A DNA stretch of 44,365 bases from Gammaproteobacteria bacterium. Its GTDB lineage: Bacteria > Pseudomonadota > Gammaproteobacteria > Steroidobacterales > JABDKV01. Where the stretch lies: positions 1-44,365 of the forward strand of contig JABDKV010000325.1 of the NCBI GenBank assembly GCA_013002045.1. The letters are read 5' to 3'. The translations under genes and the position numbers were made by a program. The notes under the pieces are model-generated. The model saw nothing but the letters and a program-made list of their open reading frames with translations. It did not search any database and was not told the origin of the DNA. Below, in pieces: positions 15,869-25,586 of the stretch; position 1 is the stretch's first letter, and each line of letters starts with the position of its first letter.

Positions 15869-16378
15869 CTAGTTACGTTTTTTCAGCAGTTCGTCGAGAC
15901 CGGCAAACGGTGTACTGCTTTCCGGTTGCGACGTACCCATATCCTTTAATTGTCTGGCCAGCGCACCGCACTGATCAGATCGATGTCGTGCGGACAACGG
16001 TACGCTTAGCAAGATCTCGTCTTCGACAAGCTCTTGTAAAACCACCCCGTCTGCGCCGGCATACACAGCTTCGTAGTCGTTAGGTACGGACTGTGCTTCG
16101 TCAGCCTCGCTCAAGGCAAGGCGAATCGTGTTGTTTATTTCCAGCGCGACCGGTTCGAGGCAACGCTGGCACAATACAAAAACCTGACCGCCAAGCTGGC
16201 CATCCACGAGCACCAGGCCATCTTGCCCGGTAAACTCGAGTTTTACGCTGATAACCCCACTACCGGGTACTGTAACGGCCTGCACGCGCGGCAATTCTGC
16301 CACCGGCAACTCGCCGGATACAGCACGTAGCTCCAGCAGCTGATCGCGGGAAAGCGCCGTTGACCAGATCGCGGACAT
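15869..16378 (-). CDS. yceD: YceD/DUF177 (23S rRNA accumulation protein)
   Basis: It is upstream of rpmF as in most bacteria. It carries the Cys pair CQRCLEP and an acidic C-terminus. The internal ATG gives 169 aa, matching the YceD size. Confidence 0.85.
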   Translation of the reverse strand: MSAIWSTALSRDQLLELRAVSGELPVAELPRVQAVTVPGSGVISVKLEFTGQDGLVLVDGQLGGQVFVLCQRCLEPVALEINNTIRLALSEADEAQSVPNDYEAVYAGADGVVLQELVEDEILLSVPLSARHRSDQCGALARQLKDMGTSQPESSTPFAGLDELLKKRN

Positions 16379-16456
16379 AAGCGCGCTATAATAGTGGCGC
16401 TCCGAGCTTGTGTCAAAATAAAAAATCCACGCCAACATACTGATCCAGCGAAAGAA

Positions 16457-17059
16457 ATGAGCAGCGACCCTGACTCTTCAACGGCGCGACTGGTGCTGGC
16501 CTCCTCTTCACCCTACCGTCGCCAACTACTGCAGCGCCTGCAGACCCCGTTTGTTCATGCTGCGCCGAACATCGACGAATCGCCGCGCACCGGCGAAACG
16601 GTGCGTGCCCTGGTGTCGCGGCTGGCCCATGCCAAGGCGCGGGCGATCGCCAAAGATCACCCGAATGCGGTCATCATTGGCTCCGACCAGGTGGCAACGC
16701 GTGGCGACACCGTACTCGGTAAGCCCGGCAGTGCCGCCGGGGCACGCGAGCAACTGCTGGCGTGCTCCGATCAGGAAGTGTCATTCCTGACCAGCGCCGT
16801 TGTCATCGACCCGGCGCGTGCCTCGGTGGAGGAGCATCTCGACGAAACGCGGGTATCGTTCCGTACGCTCCAGCCAGACGAGATCGACCGCTATATTGCC
16901 CGGGAAAAACCGTATGACTGTGCCGGTGGCTTTAAGGTCGAGAAGCTCGGTATCACCCTGTTCTGGCGCGTGCGCAGCGACGATCCGACCGCGCTGACCG
17001 GACTGCCGCTGATCTGGGTGGCTTCGGCGCTGCGCCGTTGCGGTTTTGACTTACCCTGA
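16457..17059 (+). CDS. maf: Maf-like nucleoside triphosphate pyrophosphatase (YceF-type by synteny)
   Basis: LVLASSSPYRRQLLQRL...IIGSDQV...GKP...DCAGGFKVE are Maf family motifs. The gene is divergent from yceD, as E. coli yceF is. Confidence 0.85.
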   Translation: MSSDPDSSTARLVLASSSPYRRQLLQRLQTPFVHAAPNIDESPRTGETVRALVSRLAHAKARAIAKDHPNAVIIGSDQVATRGDTVLGKPGSAAGAREQLLACSDQEVSFLTSAVVIDPARASVEEHLDETRVSFRTLQPDEIDRYIAREKPYDCAGGFKVEKLGITLFWRVRSDDPTALTGLPLIWVASALRRCGFDLP

Positions 17060-17159
17060 TTAGACATAATCAATTGTGATAAATCGTTTCATAACCACCG
17101 CAAAGGGATGCAGTTGCGCGCATAATCACCGGAATAACAAAACTGATCGAGTAGATTCC

Positions 17160-18014
17160 ATGCAACTAAACCTACGCCTCCTTTTTCCCGTCGCAATGCT
17201 GGCGCTGTCATTACCATCCATAGCAGGTATCGACCGTGGCGGAATTACGCTTGGTGTCATCACCAGCCTCGAACCACTCACGGTTGCAGGTATGGAATTC
17301 GATGCGTCTGCTGTTGGGATCGATCCGGCCCTGGCCCTGGGCCAGGTGGTCGAAGTTCGCAGCCTGCCCGGCACCGGGCCGTACCCGGCGGTAAGTGTTT
17401 CCGGCGCCGCAGTTGTAACCGGCGACATCACAATTATCGACGACAACATGGCGTCTGTACTCGGGCAGCTGGTTGATATCTCGCAACTCGATCCCGCAGC
17501 ACTGGCTGCCAAGCGAGTGGCTGTGCATGGTTTTTATCGGGCCAATGATGTCATTGCCGCCACCGGTGTCGCCGCAGCAGGTGGCGACGCAACGCTGGCA
17601 GGTGAAGTCGATGAAACCAACGGACTTGTCATACAAGTCAATGGCACAACGGTACTCGGGGGCCGGTATCGCAGCGACGCCGTCGCGGCCGGTGACTACG
17701 TCACGGTGCGGGGCACCCAGGTGGGCGCCGGAATACTGCTGTCGGATACGATTACCAGCGGCAACATTGTCGATCGCGCAATTCCCGGAGAAGACATCGT
17801 CCTGAGCGGCTACCTGACTGCGGTTCGCAACAGTGGTGATTTCGATATCGGCCACACGCGCGTGATTGTTAGTAACGTCGATCTTGATGACGACGACGCG
17901 GAAGACGACGACGATGACGACAATGACGGGCTCGGACAGTTGTTGATCGTTACCGGTGTAGTCAGTGCCGATGGCACCCACATCGTGGCCGAGTCTGTCG
18001 ACGAAGCCGACTAG
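17160..18014 (+). CDS. Secreted DUF5666-like repeat protein with a poly-Asp tract near the C-terminus
   Basis: The signal peptide is MQLNLRLLFPVAMLALSLPSIAG. It has repeated V..V.G/ITIID-type beta segments, and the tract DLDDDDAEDDDDDDNDG is encoded at 17880..17927. Confidence 0.55.
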   Translation: MQLNLRLLFPVAMLALSLPSIAGIDRGGITLGVITSLEPLTVAGMEFDASAVGIDPALALGQVVEVRSLPGTGPYPAVSVSGAAVVTGDITIIDDNMASVLGQLVDISQLDPAALAAKRVAVHGFYRANDVIAATGVAAAGGDATLAGEVDETNGLVIQVNGTTVLGGRYRSDAVAAGDYVTVRGTQVGAGILLSDTITSGNIVDRAIPGEDIVLSGYLTAVRNSGDFDIGHTRVIVSNVDLDDDDAEDDDDDDNDGLGQLLIVTGVVSADGTHIVAESVDEAD

Positions 18015-18940
18015 CGCAAGCGCTGCATTGCATCGCGCAGCGCTGCGGGCAACGGCGCGTGAAAATGCATGTCCTCACCGTCGTGCGGTCGCTCGAACCT
18101 CAGGGCGTGAGCGTGCAGACACAGGCGGCCGGCGCCAAAGTCGTTGCCGCGACCGTAACGATCGTCACCGGCGACCGGATGACCCAGGTGCGCTGCGTGC
18201 GCGCGGATCTGGTGGGTACGACCGGTATGCAGGATGACTTCGACCAGGGTAGCGTCACGGAATAGCTGCATACGGCGAAACTCGGACCTGGCTTGTTTAC
18301 CGTCGGCGTCGACGAACGCATAGCGCTCCCCTCCCCTCCGACCCAGTGCCAGTGGTGCATCACAGATCCACTTATCTTCGCGGAACTGACCTTCGAGCAA
18401 TGCCAGGTAGCGCTTGTCCACTGCGCCGTCGCGCAATAACGCATGCAGTGCCCGCAGCTCACTGCGACGTTTGGCAACCATAAGGCAACCACTGGTATCA
18501 CGATCCAGCCGATGCACGAGTTCGAGTGTGCGTCCGGGGCGCATCAGGCGCAGTGCTTCGATCAGGCCCAGGTCGATCCCACTGCCGCCATGCACGGCGA
18601 TGCCGGCAGGCTTGTCGATGACCAGCAAACGCGGGTCTTCGAACAGGATTGCACGCTCCAGACGTTCGCGGCGCTGCGGTGTCACCCCCGCAGGCTGCTC
18701 GCGCGATTCGAGGCGAATGGGCGGGATTCGCACCTGGTCACCGCGCTGCAACCGGTGAGAGGGGCGAATCCGGCCGCTATTGACGCGCACCTCGCCGCGG
18801 CGCAGCAATCGATAAATTCGACTGCGCGGCACCCCCTTGAGGACGCGCAACAGGTAATTATCGATACGCATGCCGTCATCTTCGCCATCGACTTCGACGA
18901 TGCGCGCGCTATGGTGTTGTCCTTGCTCTGATTCGCTCAT
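18011..18940 (-). CDS. rluC: 23S rRNA pseudouridine synthase RluC (RluA family with S4 domain)
   Basis: It has an S4-like N-terminus (RIDNYLLRVLKGVPRSRIYRLLRRGEVRVN), the catalytic motif HRLDRDTSG, and the conserved divergent position next to rne. Confidence 0.9.
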   Translation of the reverse strand: MSESEQGQHHSARIVEVDGEDDGMRIDNYLLRVLKGVPRSRIYRLLRRGEVRVNSGRIRPSHRLQRGDQVRIPPIRLESREQPAGVTPQRRERLERAILFEDPRLLVIDKPAGIAVHGGSGIDLGLIEALRLMRPGRTLELVHRLDRDTSGCLMVAKRRSELRALHALLRDGAVDKRYLALLEGQFREDKWICDAPLALGRRGGERYAFVDADGKQARSEFRRMQLFRDATLVEVILHTGRTHQIRAHAAHLGHPVAGDDRYGRGNDFGAGRLCLHAHALRFERPHDGEDMHFHAPLPAALRDAMQRLR

Positions 18941-19283
18941 TGATTCAAACAGTTATTGATTGCCCGCCCCTATACCCTCTGTTATATTACCGCGCGGCTG
19001 GCAGTCGCTGAGATGTATCCTGAGATGCGAATCTCGCCGCCAGCAGAATTGAGAACGGCGCAGGCCGGCGCCAGGTGGTCGCTGCCTGCATGACGAGTCC
19101 CACGACGGGACCCCATGAGTGCTGTTCTGTACCGGATTCCACCAGGGATTTGCCGCGGTTTAGGCACCAGCACGCAAACCCCTGCATACGAGGACCATCC
19201 CTCAATACGTTGTCTTTGGCAACGTTCTTTCTTCTGGATTCCCACGCAGGACAGCCCCGATACAAGTTTAGGCAAGGGGCCAA
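18941..19283 (+). promoter_or_regulatory. rluC-rne divergent control region containing the long rne 5' leader
   Basis: 343 nt of non-coding sequence lies upstream of rne. In enterobacteria rne has a long structured autoregulatory 5' UTR. Only position and length support that here; I cannot verify any homology. Confidence 0.4.
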
Positions 19284-21626
19284 ATGAAAAGAATGCTAGT
19301 TAATGCAACTCAGCCAGAAGAGTTGCGTGTTGCCATGGTCGACGGCCAGCGGCTTTATAACCTCGATATCGAAAGCCCGTCCCGCAGTCAGAAAAAAGGC
19401 AATATTTACAAGGGCCGGGTTACCCGGGTCGAACCCAGCCTCGAAGCGGCCTTCGTCGATTTCGGGGTCGAACGCCACGGCTTCCTGCCACTGAAGGAAA
19501 TTGCGCGCAGCTACTTCAGTCACACGCCGGAACCAGGCAACCGGATCAATATCAAGGAAGTTATCAAGGAAGGCCAGGATGTCATCGTTCAGGTCGACAA
19601 GGAAGAACGTGGTAACAAGGGTGCCGCACTGACTACCTTCGTCAGCCTTGCGGGCCGCTTCCTGGTACTGATGCCGAATAACCCACGCGCCGGTGGCGTA
19701 TCGCGCCGCATCGGTGGTGACGATCGCAACGAGATACGCGAGACCCTGGCACAACTCGAGATACCCGAAGACATGGGTATTATCGTGCGCACGGCCGGTG
19801 TCAGTCGCAGCGCCGAAGAGCTGCAGTGGGACCTCGATTACCTGCGCAATATCTGGTCGGCCATCGAAAAGACGGCCGATCGCTCCGGACCGTTCCTGAT
19901 CTACCAGGAAAGCAACGCCATCCTGCGCGCCATCCGTGATCACCTCGACAAAGATATCGGCGAAGTCCTGATTGATGACGAGACCGTTTATAACGAAGCT
20001 CGCCAGTTCATGGAAACCGTTATGCCGCACAACGTGCGGCGGCTGAAGTTCTACGAAGACCAGGTGCCATTATTTACCCGCTTCCAGATCGAAAGCCAGA
20101 TCGAATCGGCATTCGCTCACAGCGTGCGCTTACCGGCTGGTGGCAGTGTGGTCATCGACCCGACCGAGGCACTGGTATCGATCGATATCAACTCGGCCCG
20201 CGCTACCAAGGGCGAAGACATCGAACAGACCGCGCTCAACACCAATCTCGAAGCCGCGGACGAAATTGCCCGCCAGCTACGCCTGCGTGACATCGGCGGC
20301 CTGGTGGTAATCGATTTTATCGACATGTCGCACAACCGTAACCAGCGCGAAGTCGAGAACCGCCTGCGGGAAGCGGTGCGCAGCGATCGCGCCCGTGTCC
20401 AGATCGGTCGTATTTCACGATTCGGACTGCTGGAAATGTCACGCCAGCGGCTGCGTCCGTCGCTCGGTGAATCCAGCGCGATAGTCTGTCCGCGCTGCAA
20501 CGGACAGGGTACTGTGCGCGACGTCGAATCACTGGCGCTGGCTATCCTGCGCCTGATCGGCGAGGAGGCGCGCAAGGAACGTACAGCACGCGTTGTCGCC
20601 CGTCTGCCGGTCGATGTCAGCACATACCTGCTCAACGAGAAACGCGACTGGGTCAATACCATTGAACAGAAATGCAGTGTGCATGTCGTTCTGGTACCGG
20701 ACCCTGACCTTGAGACCCCGAACTACTCGATTCGTCGCATTCGCGACGATGAGGCGTCATTGCCGGAAAACACAGCGGCAAGTTACCTGATCCCGGACCT
20801 GGAAGAAGAACCCGCCGATAACACCCCGACGCGCACGCAGACCGCCGCTGCACCACAAGCGGCCGTCCAGGTCGTCGTACCCGAAGGACCGGCTCCGACA
20901 CCAGCTCCGGCCCCGGCCGCCGCGACCGTCGTCAAAGCGGTCAAGCCAGGCCTGTTCGTGCGCATGTGGCGCGCACTGTTTGCCAGCGGCGATGCCGAAG
21001 ATACCAGCGAGAAAAAGCCCCGCAGCAAACAGGACAGCGGCAAACCGCAAGCGCGTAACCGCCGTCGCGGCCAGGCTCAGGGCAACAACCAGGGCAATAA
21101 CCAGGGCAGGAGCCAGGGCGGCAGGAAACGGACACGCAAGAGTTCACCCCAACGCCGTCGCAAACCAGCCACTGGCGGCAAGAAGCCGGATACGGCCGCC
21201 GCCGGGCAGGCCGACAGCGGTAGTGCCGAGAAGAACACCGAAAACACCAATAAGCCTCGCCGCCGTCGTCGTCGCGGTGGCCGTCGTCGCGGCGGGCAAC
21301 GCAAGAACGTCGCGCAACAGGAAACGCCTAACAACAAGAAAGAAAGCAGCCCCGGTGATAAGCGTGACGGCAGCCGTGGTGACAACAAGAGCGGTCACGA
21401 TAAGAGCAGCAAACCGGCACAGGCGTCTGATGACAGGCGCAACAAGTCGACTCAGCCCGGTAATGAGCAGCCGCAGCCGGCAAAGGAGTCTGCAGCCAAA
21501 GCACCGGAGCAGGCTAAAAAACCTGCGCCGAAGACGGACCATGCTGGCGACAAGCCGAAGCAGGGACAACAGGAATACACGGCGTGGTCAGCGACCACAC
21601 CACGTTCGGGTACCGACGATCAGTAA
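19284..21626 (+). CDS. rne: Ribonuclease E
   Basis: [61 protein letters not shown] is near-identical to the E. coli RNase E N-terminus. The Zn-link is CPRCNGQG. An amphipathic [14 protein letters not shown] segment follows, then an Arg/Lys/Gln/Pro-rich C-terminal scaffold. Confidence 0.97.
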   Translation: MKRMLVNATQPEELRVAMVDGQRLYNLDIESPSRSQKKGNIYKGRVTRVEPSLEAAFVDFGVERHGFLPLKEIARSYFSHTPEPGNRINIKEVIKEGQDVIVQVDKEERGNKGAALTTFVSLAGRFLVLMPNNPRAGGVSRRIGGDDRNEIRETLAQLEIPEDMGIIVRTAGVSRSAEELQWDLDYLRNIWSAIEKTADRSGPFLIYQESNAILRAIRDHLDKDIGEVLIDDETVYNEARQFMETVMPHNVRRLKFYEDQVPLFTRFQIESQIESAFAHSVRLPAGGSVVIDPTEALVSIDINSARATKGEDIEQTALNTNLEAADEIARQLRLRDIGGLVVIDFIDMSHNRNQREVENRLREAVRSDRARVQIGRISRFGLLEMSRQRLRPSLGESSAIVCPRCNGQGTVRDVESLALAILRLIGEEARKERTARVVARLPVDVSTYLLNEKRDWVNTIEQKCSVHVVLVPDPDLETPNYSIRRIRDDEASLPENTAASYLIPDLEEEPADNTPTRTQTAAAPQAAVQVVVPEGPAPTPAPAPAAATVVKAVKPGLFVRMWRALFASGDAEDTSEKKPRSKQDSGKPQARNRRRGQAQGNNQGNNQGRSQGGRKRTRKSSPQRRRKPATGGKKPDTAAAGQADSGSAEKNTENTNKPRRRRRRGGRRRGGQRKNVAQQETPNNKKESSPGDKRDGSRGDNKSGHDKSSKPAQASDDRRNKSTQPGNEQPQPAKESAAKAPEQAKKPAPKTDHAGDKPKQGQQEYTAWSATTPRSGTDDQ
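21078..21125 (+). repeat. Four imperfect 12-bp tandem repeats (CAGGGCAAYAAC-like) inside the rne C-terminal region
   Basis: CAGGGCAACAAC CAGGGCAATAAC CAGGGCAGGAGC CAGGGCGGCAGG encodes [16 protein letters not shown]. Confidence 0.7.
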
Positions 21627-22093
21627 CGGATACGTTGCCGCTGCAGGTGTTCAAGCAACCCTGTAGCGGCGCGTTCGATCAGGTCGAGCGCGTGTTCGAA
21701 TGCGGACACGCCACCGTAGTAAGGATCGGGTACATCGTCGTCAGGCTGGTCGGCAAAGTCGAGAAACAGATGTAGCTTCGAGTCGTGGGCCGGTGTTGGT
21801 ACACGCTGCCGCAGCAAAGACAAATTGTCGCGATCCATCGCTACGATCAGGTCGAAAGTCTCGAAGTCATCGGTGTCTACAGTGCGCGCCTTTAACATGG
21901 CGATATCGCATCCACGCCGGGCTGCTGCCGCCACTGCACGTTCGTCGGGTGTCTCACCTGTGTGATAGGAATGAGTACCGGCCGAGTCGACCTCTATTGC
22001 AAGATCTCCCTCGGTCACCAGCCGCCGCAGCACTCCCTCAGCCATCGGCGAACGACAGATATTTCCCATGCAAACAAATAATATGCGTGTCAT
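21620..22093 (-). CDS. Low-molecular-weight protein-tyrosine phosphatase
   Basis: [20 protein letters not shown] contains the CX5R(S) P-loop, and DPYYG contains the general acid Asp. 157 aa. Confidence 0.85.
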   Translation of the reverse strand: MTRILFVCMGNICRSPMAEGVLRRLVTEGDLAIEVDSAGTHSYHTGETPDERAVAAAARRGCDIAMLKARTVDTDDFETFDLIVAMDRDNLSLLRQRVPTPAHDSKLHLFLDFADQPDDDVPDPYYGGVSAFEHALDLIERAATGLLEHLQRQRIRY

Positions 22094-22830
22094 TGCTGCT
22101 CTCTCATTATCTTGTCAGCGTGTGCAAGGTCTTCCTCGGTATCGACACCCGGACCCGGGCCACAGGCCGCAATAGCGATATCAATCACCATCCCGGCCGA
22201 CAGCGCGCGCAGTTGCTCGAGACGTTCGAGTCGCTCCAGAGTCGCCACGGGTAATGCGCACAGCCGGTGCAGCGACGCAGCGCGGTAGGCATACAAGCCG
22301 AGATGGCGCAGCGCCGCGTTACCACTTCCGGGAGACTCACGGTCATACGGTATGGCGGCCCGACTAAAATAAAGTGCCCTGCCGCGCTCATCCATAACGA
22401 CCTTGACCGCATTCGGGTCATTGATATCAGTAGCCGCGGAAAACGGTGTGGCCAACGTCGCAATGTCGCCCGCGCTGCTCAGGGTACTGGCCACCTGGTC
22501 GATCAGCTGCGGTGGCAACATAGGCTCATCGCATTGCACGTTTACGATAATCTCGTCCTGCATCCAACCCCGCTGACGTGCCACCTCGGCAATACGATCT
22601 GAGCCAGAGGCATGATCGGCTGAGGTCATGACGACACAGGCGCCAAATCCTTCGGCAACTTCACGAATGCGCTTATCGTCAGTGGCGATAATTACTTGCT
22701 GCGCCGCGCTGGCAGTGGCAGCGCGCCAGGTATGCTCGAGCATCGGTCGCCCGGCAAGCAAACGCAGGGGCTTACCCGGCAGACGACTGGACGCGTAGCG
22801 CGCAGGAATTATGGCGAAATAACGGGTCAT
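22090..22830 (-). CDS. kdsB: 3-deoxy-manno-octulosonate cytidylyltransferase
   Basis: AIIPARYASSRLPGKPL...ATDD..I...VNVQCDEP...LEQLR are KdsB motifs. It overlaps lpxK and ptp by 4 nt each. Confidence 0.93.
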   Translation of the reverse strand: MTRYFAIIPARYASSRLPGKPLRLLAGRPMLEHTWRAATASAAQQVIIATDDKRIREVAEGFGACVVMTSADHASGSDRIAEVARQRGWMQDEIIVNVQCDEPMLPPQLIDQVASTLSSAGDIATLATPFSAATDINDPNAVKVVMDERGRALYFSRAAIPYDRESPGSGNAALRHLGLYAYRAASLHRLCALPVATLERLERLEQLRALSAGMVIDIAIAACGPGPGVDTEEDLAHADKIMREQQ

Positions 22831-23819
22831 GGCGTGGTCACCAGTTTACGCAAAAGACTGTCGATTGCAGCAGCAGCCTTGTCATCGGGCTCAGCCTGCA
22901 CTTCGACTACCCAGGCATTGACCGGGTTTATCGCGTCGGCCTTGACCGCATCCTTGCTCGTCATTAATACCGGTAATTCGTCGTCGAAATCGAAATCGGT
23001 CGCGGCAAGCACGGCATGATCGCCCGGCTGGTGCGCTACAACCTCGATACCATGCCGGGACAGCATTGAGAAAAACCGCTGCGGATGCCCTATACCGGCA
23101 ATCGCGTGGACCCGGCGCCCGGCCCATGATGCCAGGCTGCTCTGCTGCGACCCGTTTAATGAACGCACCCGGACGGGGACGAGTTGCATCGACGCAAAAC
23201 CGGAGTCGCGCGGATCGCCATTGACGACAACCAGGTCGACCTCATCGAGTCGGCCAAGTGGCTCGCGCAACGGGCCGGCCGGAATCAGTGCTTCGTTGCC
23301 AAACCAGCGTTCACCGTCAACGACGACGATCTCAGCATCGCGGTGTAAACGATAGTGTTGTAAGCCGTCGTCACTGATTACTAGATCGATACCCTGCTGT
23401 AACAACAGGCTAACCGCCGCGCAGCGATCGGGATCGGCCACCACCGGCACGCCGCACTGCTGTGCCAGCAACACGGCTTCGTCACCGACTTCCAGCGGGT
23501 CGCTGTTGGCTGACACCTGGCGTGGCCAGTCACGGGCGTTACCACGATAACCACGACATACGATACCCGGCTGCAAACCCAACGCCTGCGCGCGCGCAAC
23601 CAGGCACTGCACAAGGGGCGTCTTGCCAGTTCCGCCAGCGGTAATGTTGCCAACGACGATTACCGGCACTTTGAAGCGACAGCGATCGAGTTTGCCACTG
23701 CGGTAGAGCTGGCGTCGCAAACGAATGACACCGGCATAGAGTCCGGCCAGCGGGCGCAGCCAGCGACCACCGGTGCGCCTGTCGTACCAGATCGAATTGA
23801 ATCGCTGCTCCAGGTTCAC
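22827..23819 (-). CDS. lpxK: Tetraacyldisaccharide 4'-kinase
   Basis: The P-loop is VGNITAGGTGKTP, followed by SRGY-like CRGYRG and DDGLQH. Confidence 0.92.
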   Translation of the reverse strand: MNLEQRFNSIWYDRRTGGRWLRPLAGLYAGVIRLRRQLYRSGKLDRCRFKVPVIVVGNITAGGTGKTPLVQCLVARAQALGLQPGIVCRGYRGNARDWPRQVSANSDPLEVGDEAVLLAQQCGVPVVADPDRCAAVSLLLQQGIDLVISDDGLQHYRLHRDAEIVVVDGERWFGNEALIPAGPLREPLGRLDEVDLVVVNGDPRDSGFASMQLVPVRVRSLNGSQQSSLASWAGRRVHAIAGIGHPQRFFSMLSRHGIEVVAHQPGDHAVLAATDFDFDDELPVLMTSKDAVKADAINPVNAWVVEVQAEPDDKAAAAIDSLLRKLVTTP

Positions 23820-25576
23820 GCTGTTGGCTCGTCATGAAACTGCATGCGATAAAGACTGGCATACAGGCCATTTTCCTCGATCAGGGCAGCGTGATTACCC
23901 ACCTCGACGATTCTGCCATTCTCCAGCACCACGATACGATTCGCATTCTCGACGGTCGACAGCCGGTGAGCGATCACCAGTGTGGTCCGATGCGCCATCA
24001 GGTTATCGAGTGCCGTGCGAATGTGACGTTCCGACTCGGTATCGAGTGCCGAGGTGGCCTCATCCAGAATGAGGATCGGTGCGTTTTTCAACAGTGCACG
24101 GGCGATTGCGACCCGTTGTCGCTGCCCACCCGACAGCAACACCCCACGATCTCCTACCAGCGTATCCAGCCCGTCTGGCAGTCGATCTGTAAATTCCGTG
24201 ACATGTGCTGCCTCGGCCGCACTGCGAATGGCAGCGGCTGCCGCTTCGGGTTGTGAACCGTAGGCAATGTTGCGCGCAATCGTGTCGTTAAAGAGCGTAA
24301 TATCCTGGCTGACGAGACCGATTTGCCGGCGCAAGGATTGCAGTCGGTAATCATTGATATCGTGCCCGTCGATGGTGATGCGACCACTGTCGGGATCATA
24401 GAACCGCGGTAGCAGACTCACCAGCGTCGACTTGCCACTACCCGAGCGGCCGACTAACGCAACGGTCTCGCCTGCAGCAACCTTGAGGTCTATGTCGTGC
24501 AGGACGCGACCTTTCTCCTCGGTATAGCCGAAACCGACATGATCAAAGTGGATTGCGCCGTCGACGTGCTCGAGTTCGCGTTCACCGCCCCGTGGCTCCT
24601 CGTTTTCGTCGAGCACCTCGAAAATACTGGACCCCGCGGCAATACCGCGCTGCAGGTCGGCATTGATGTCTGTCAGGCGTTTCAGCGGCGCCATCAACAT
24701 CAGCATCGCCGTAAAAAATGAAATAAAGGTGCCGACAGTCAACTCTTCCAGCAGCTGCGGGCGGGTAGCGAGAAAAACGATACCCGCCATCCCGAATGCG
24801 GCAATGAGCTGAATTACCGGGATGCTGACCGCCTTGACCAGTACCAGCTTCATGAACAGGCGCCGGTTGTTTTCGTTTACCTTCTCAAAGTGACGGGCCT
24901 CGTAGTCCTGCCCGTTGAACACCTTGACGACACGATGCCCGGACAGCACTTCTTCAGCGACCCTCGTTACATCGCCCATCGAGTCCTGGATACGCGAGCT
25001 GTACTTACGAAAGCGCACACTGACCACACGCATGAGCCAGCCAATCAGCGGTCCTACAATAAAAATAAACAATGCCAGCCTGGCGTTGAGATAGAACATC
25101 CAGCTCACCAGACCGAGGATGGTCAGCGTATCCCGTATCAATACCGTCACGGTCTTGGTGGTGCTTTCGGCGACCTGCTCGACGTTATAGGTCAACTTCG
25201 AAATCATGACGCCTTTCGAGCTGCGATCGAAAACGGCGGTAGGCAGGTAAAGAAACTTCTCGAACACCTGCTGCCGCAGCCGCTTGATGACCTGGCGACC
25301 AACATGGTTGAGAAAATAGGTGGAAACAAATCCGGCACCACCACGCAACAGGAATAACGCGACCATAATGATCGGCACCAGTCGGATAGTCTCGGGATCT
25401 TTCTCGACAAAACTGCCATCGAGTAACGGGCGCATCAATGCGGCGAAGCCGGTATCGGTCGCAGCGTAGATAACCATCGCCGCGATGGCTGCGCTATAGG
25501 ACGGCCAGTAAGGCCTGGCATAACTCAGCAGGCGACGATAGATACGACCGGCCGCAGAGCTGGAAACGGCTTTCAT
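23816..25576 (-). CDS. msbA: Lipid A export ABC transporter MsbA (fused TMD-NBD)
   Basis: 586 aa with six TM segments, Walker A GRSGSGKST, signature LSGGQRQR and Walker B ILILDEATS. It is translationally coupled to lpxK. Confidence 0.88.
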   Translation of the reverse strand: MKAVSSSAAGRIYRRLLSYARPYWPSYSAAIAAMVIYAATDTGFAALMRPLLDGSFVEKDPETIRLVPIIMVALFLLRGGAGFVSTYFLNHVGRQVIKRLRQQVFEKFLYLPTAVFDRSSKGVMISKLTYNVEQVAESTTKTVTVLIRDTLTILGLVSWMFYLNARLALFIFIVGPLIGWLMRVVSVRFRKYSSRIQDSMGDVTRVAEEVLSGHRVVKVFNGQDYEARHFEKVNENNRRLFMKLVLVKAVSIPVIQLIAAFGMAGIVFLATRPQLLEELTVGTFISFFTAMLMLMAPLKRLTDINADLQRGIAAGSSIFEVLDENEEPRGGERELEHVDGAIHFDHVGFGYTEEKGRVLHDIDLKVAAGETVALVGRSGSGKSTLVSLLPRFYDPDSGRITIDGHDINDYRLQSLRRQIGLVSQDITLFNDTIARNIAYGSQPEAAAAAIRSAAEAAHVTEFTDRLPDGLDTLVGDRGVLLSGGQRQRVAIARALLKNAPILILDEATSALDTESERHIRTALDNLMAHRTTLVIAHRLSTVENANRIVVLENGRIVEVGNHAALIEENGLYASLYRMQFHDEPTA

Positions 25577-25586
25577 TGCGATATGC

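Noticed and set aside
17211-17981. A 256-aa minus-strand ORF lies opposite the DUF5666-like gene.
   Set aside because: It has no signal or motif. The plus-strand frame has a clean signal peptide and repeat structure, and it fits the intergenic spacing on both sides.
20980-21666. A 228-aa alternative-frame ORF and several minus-strand ORFs (for example 21144..21569) lie inside the rne 3' region.
   Set aside because: They are produced by the repetitive, purine/GC-biased sequence that encodes the Arg/Lys-rich RNase E scaffold. The rne frame is continuous from the conserved catalytic domain.
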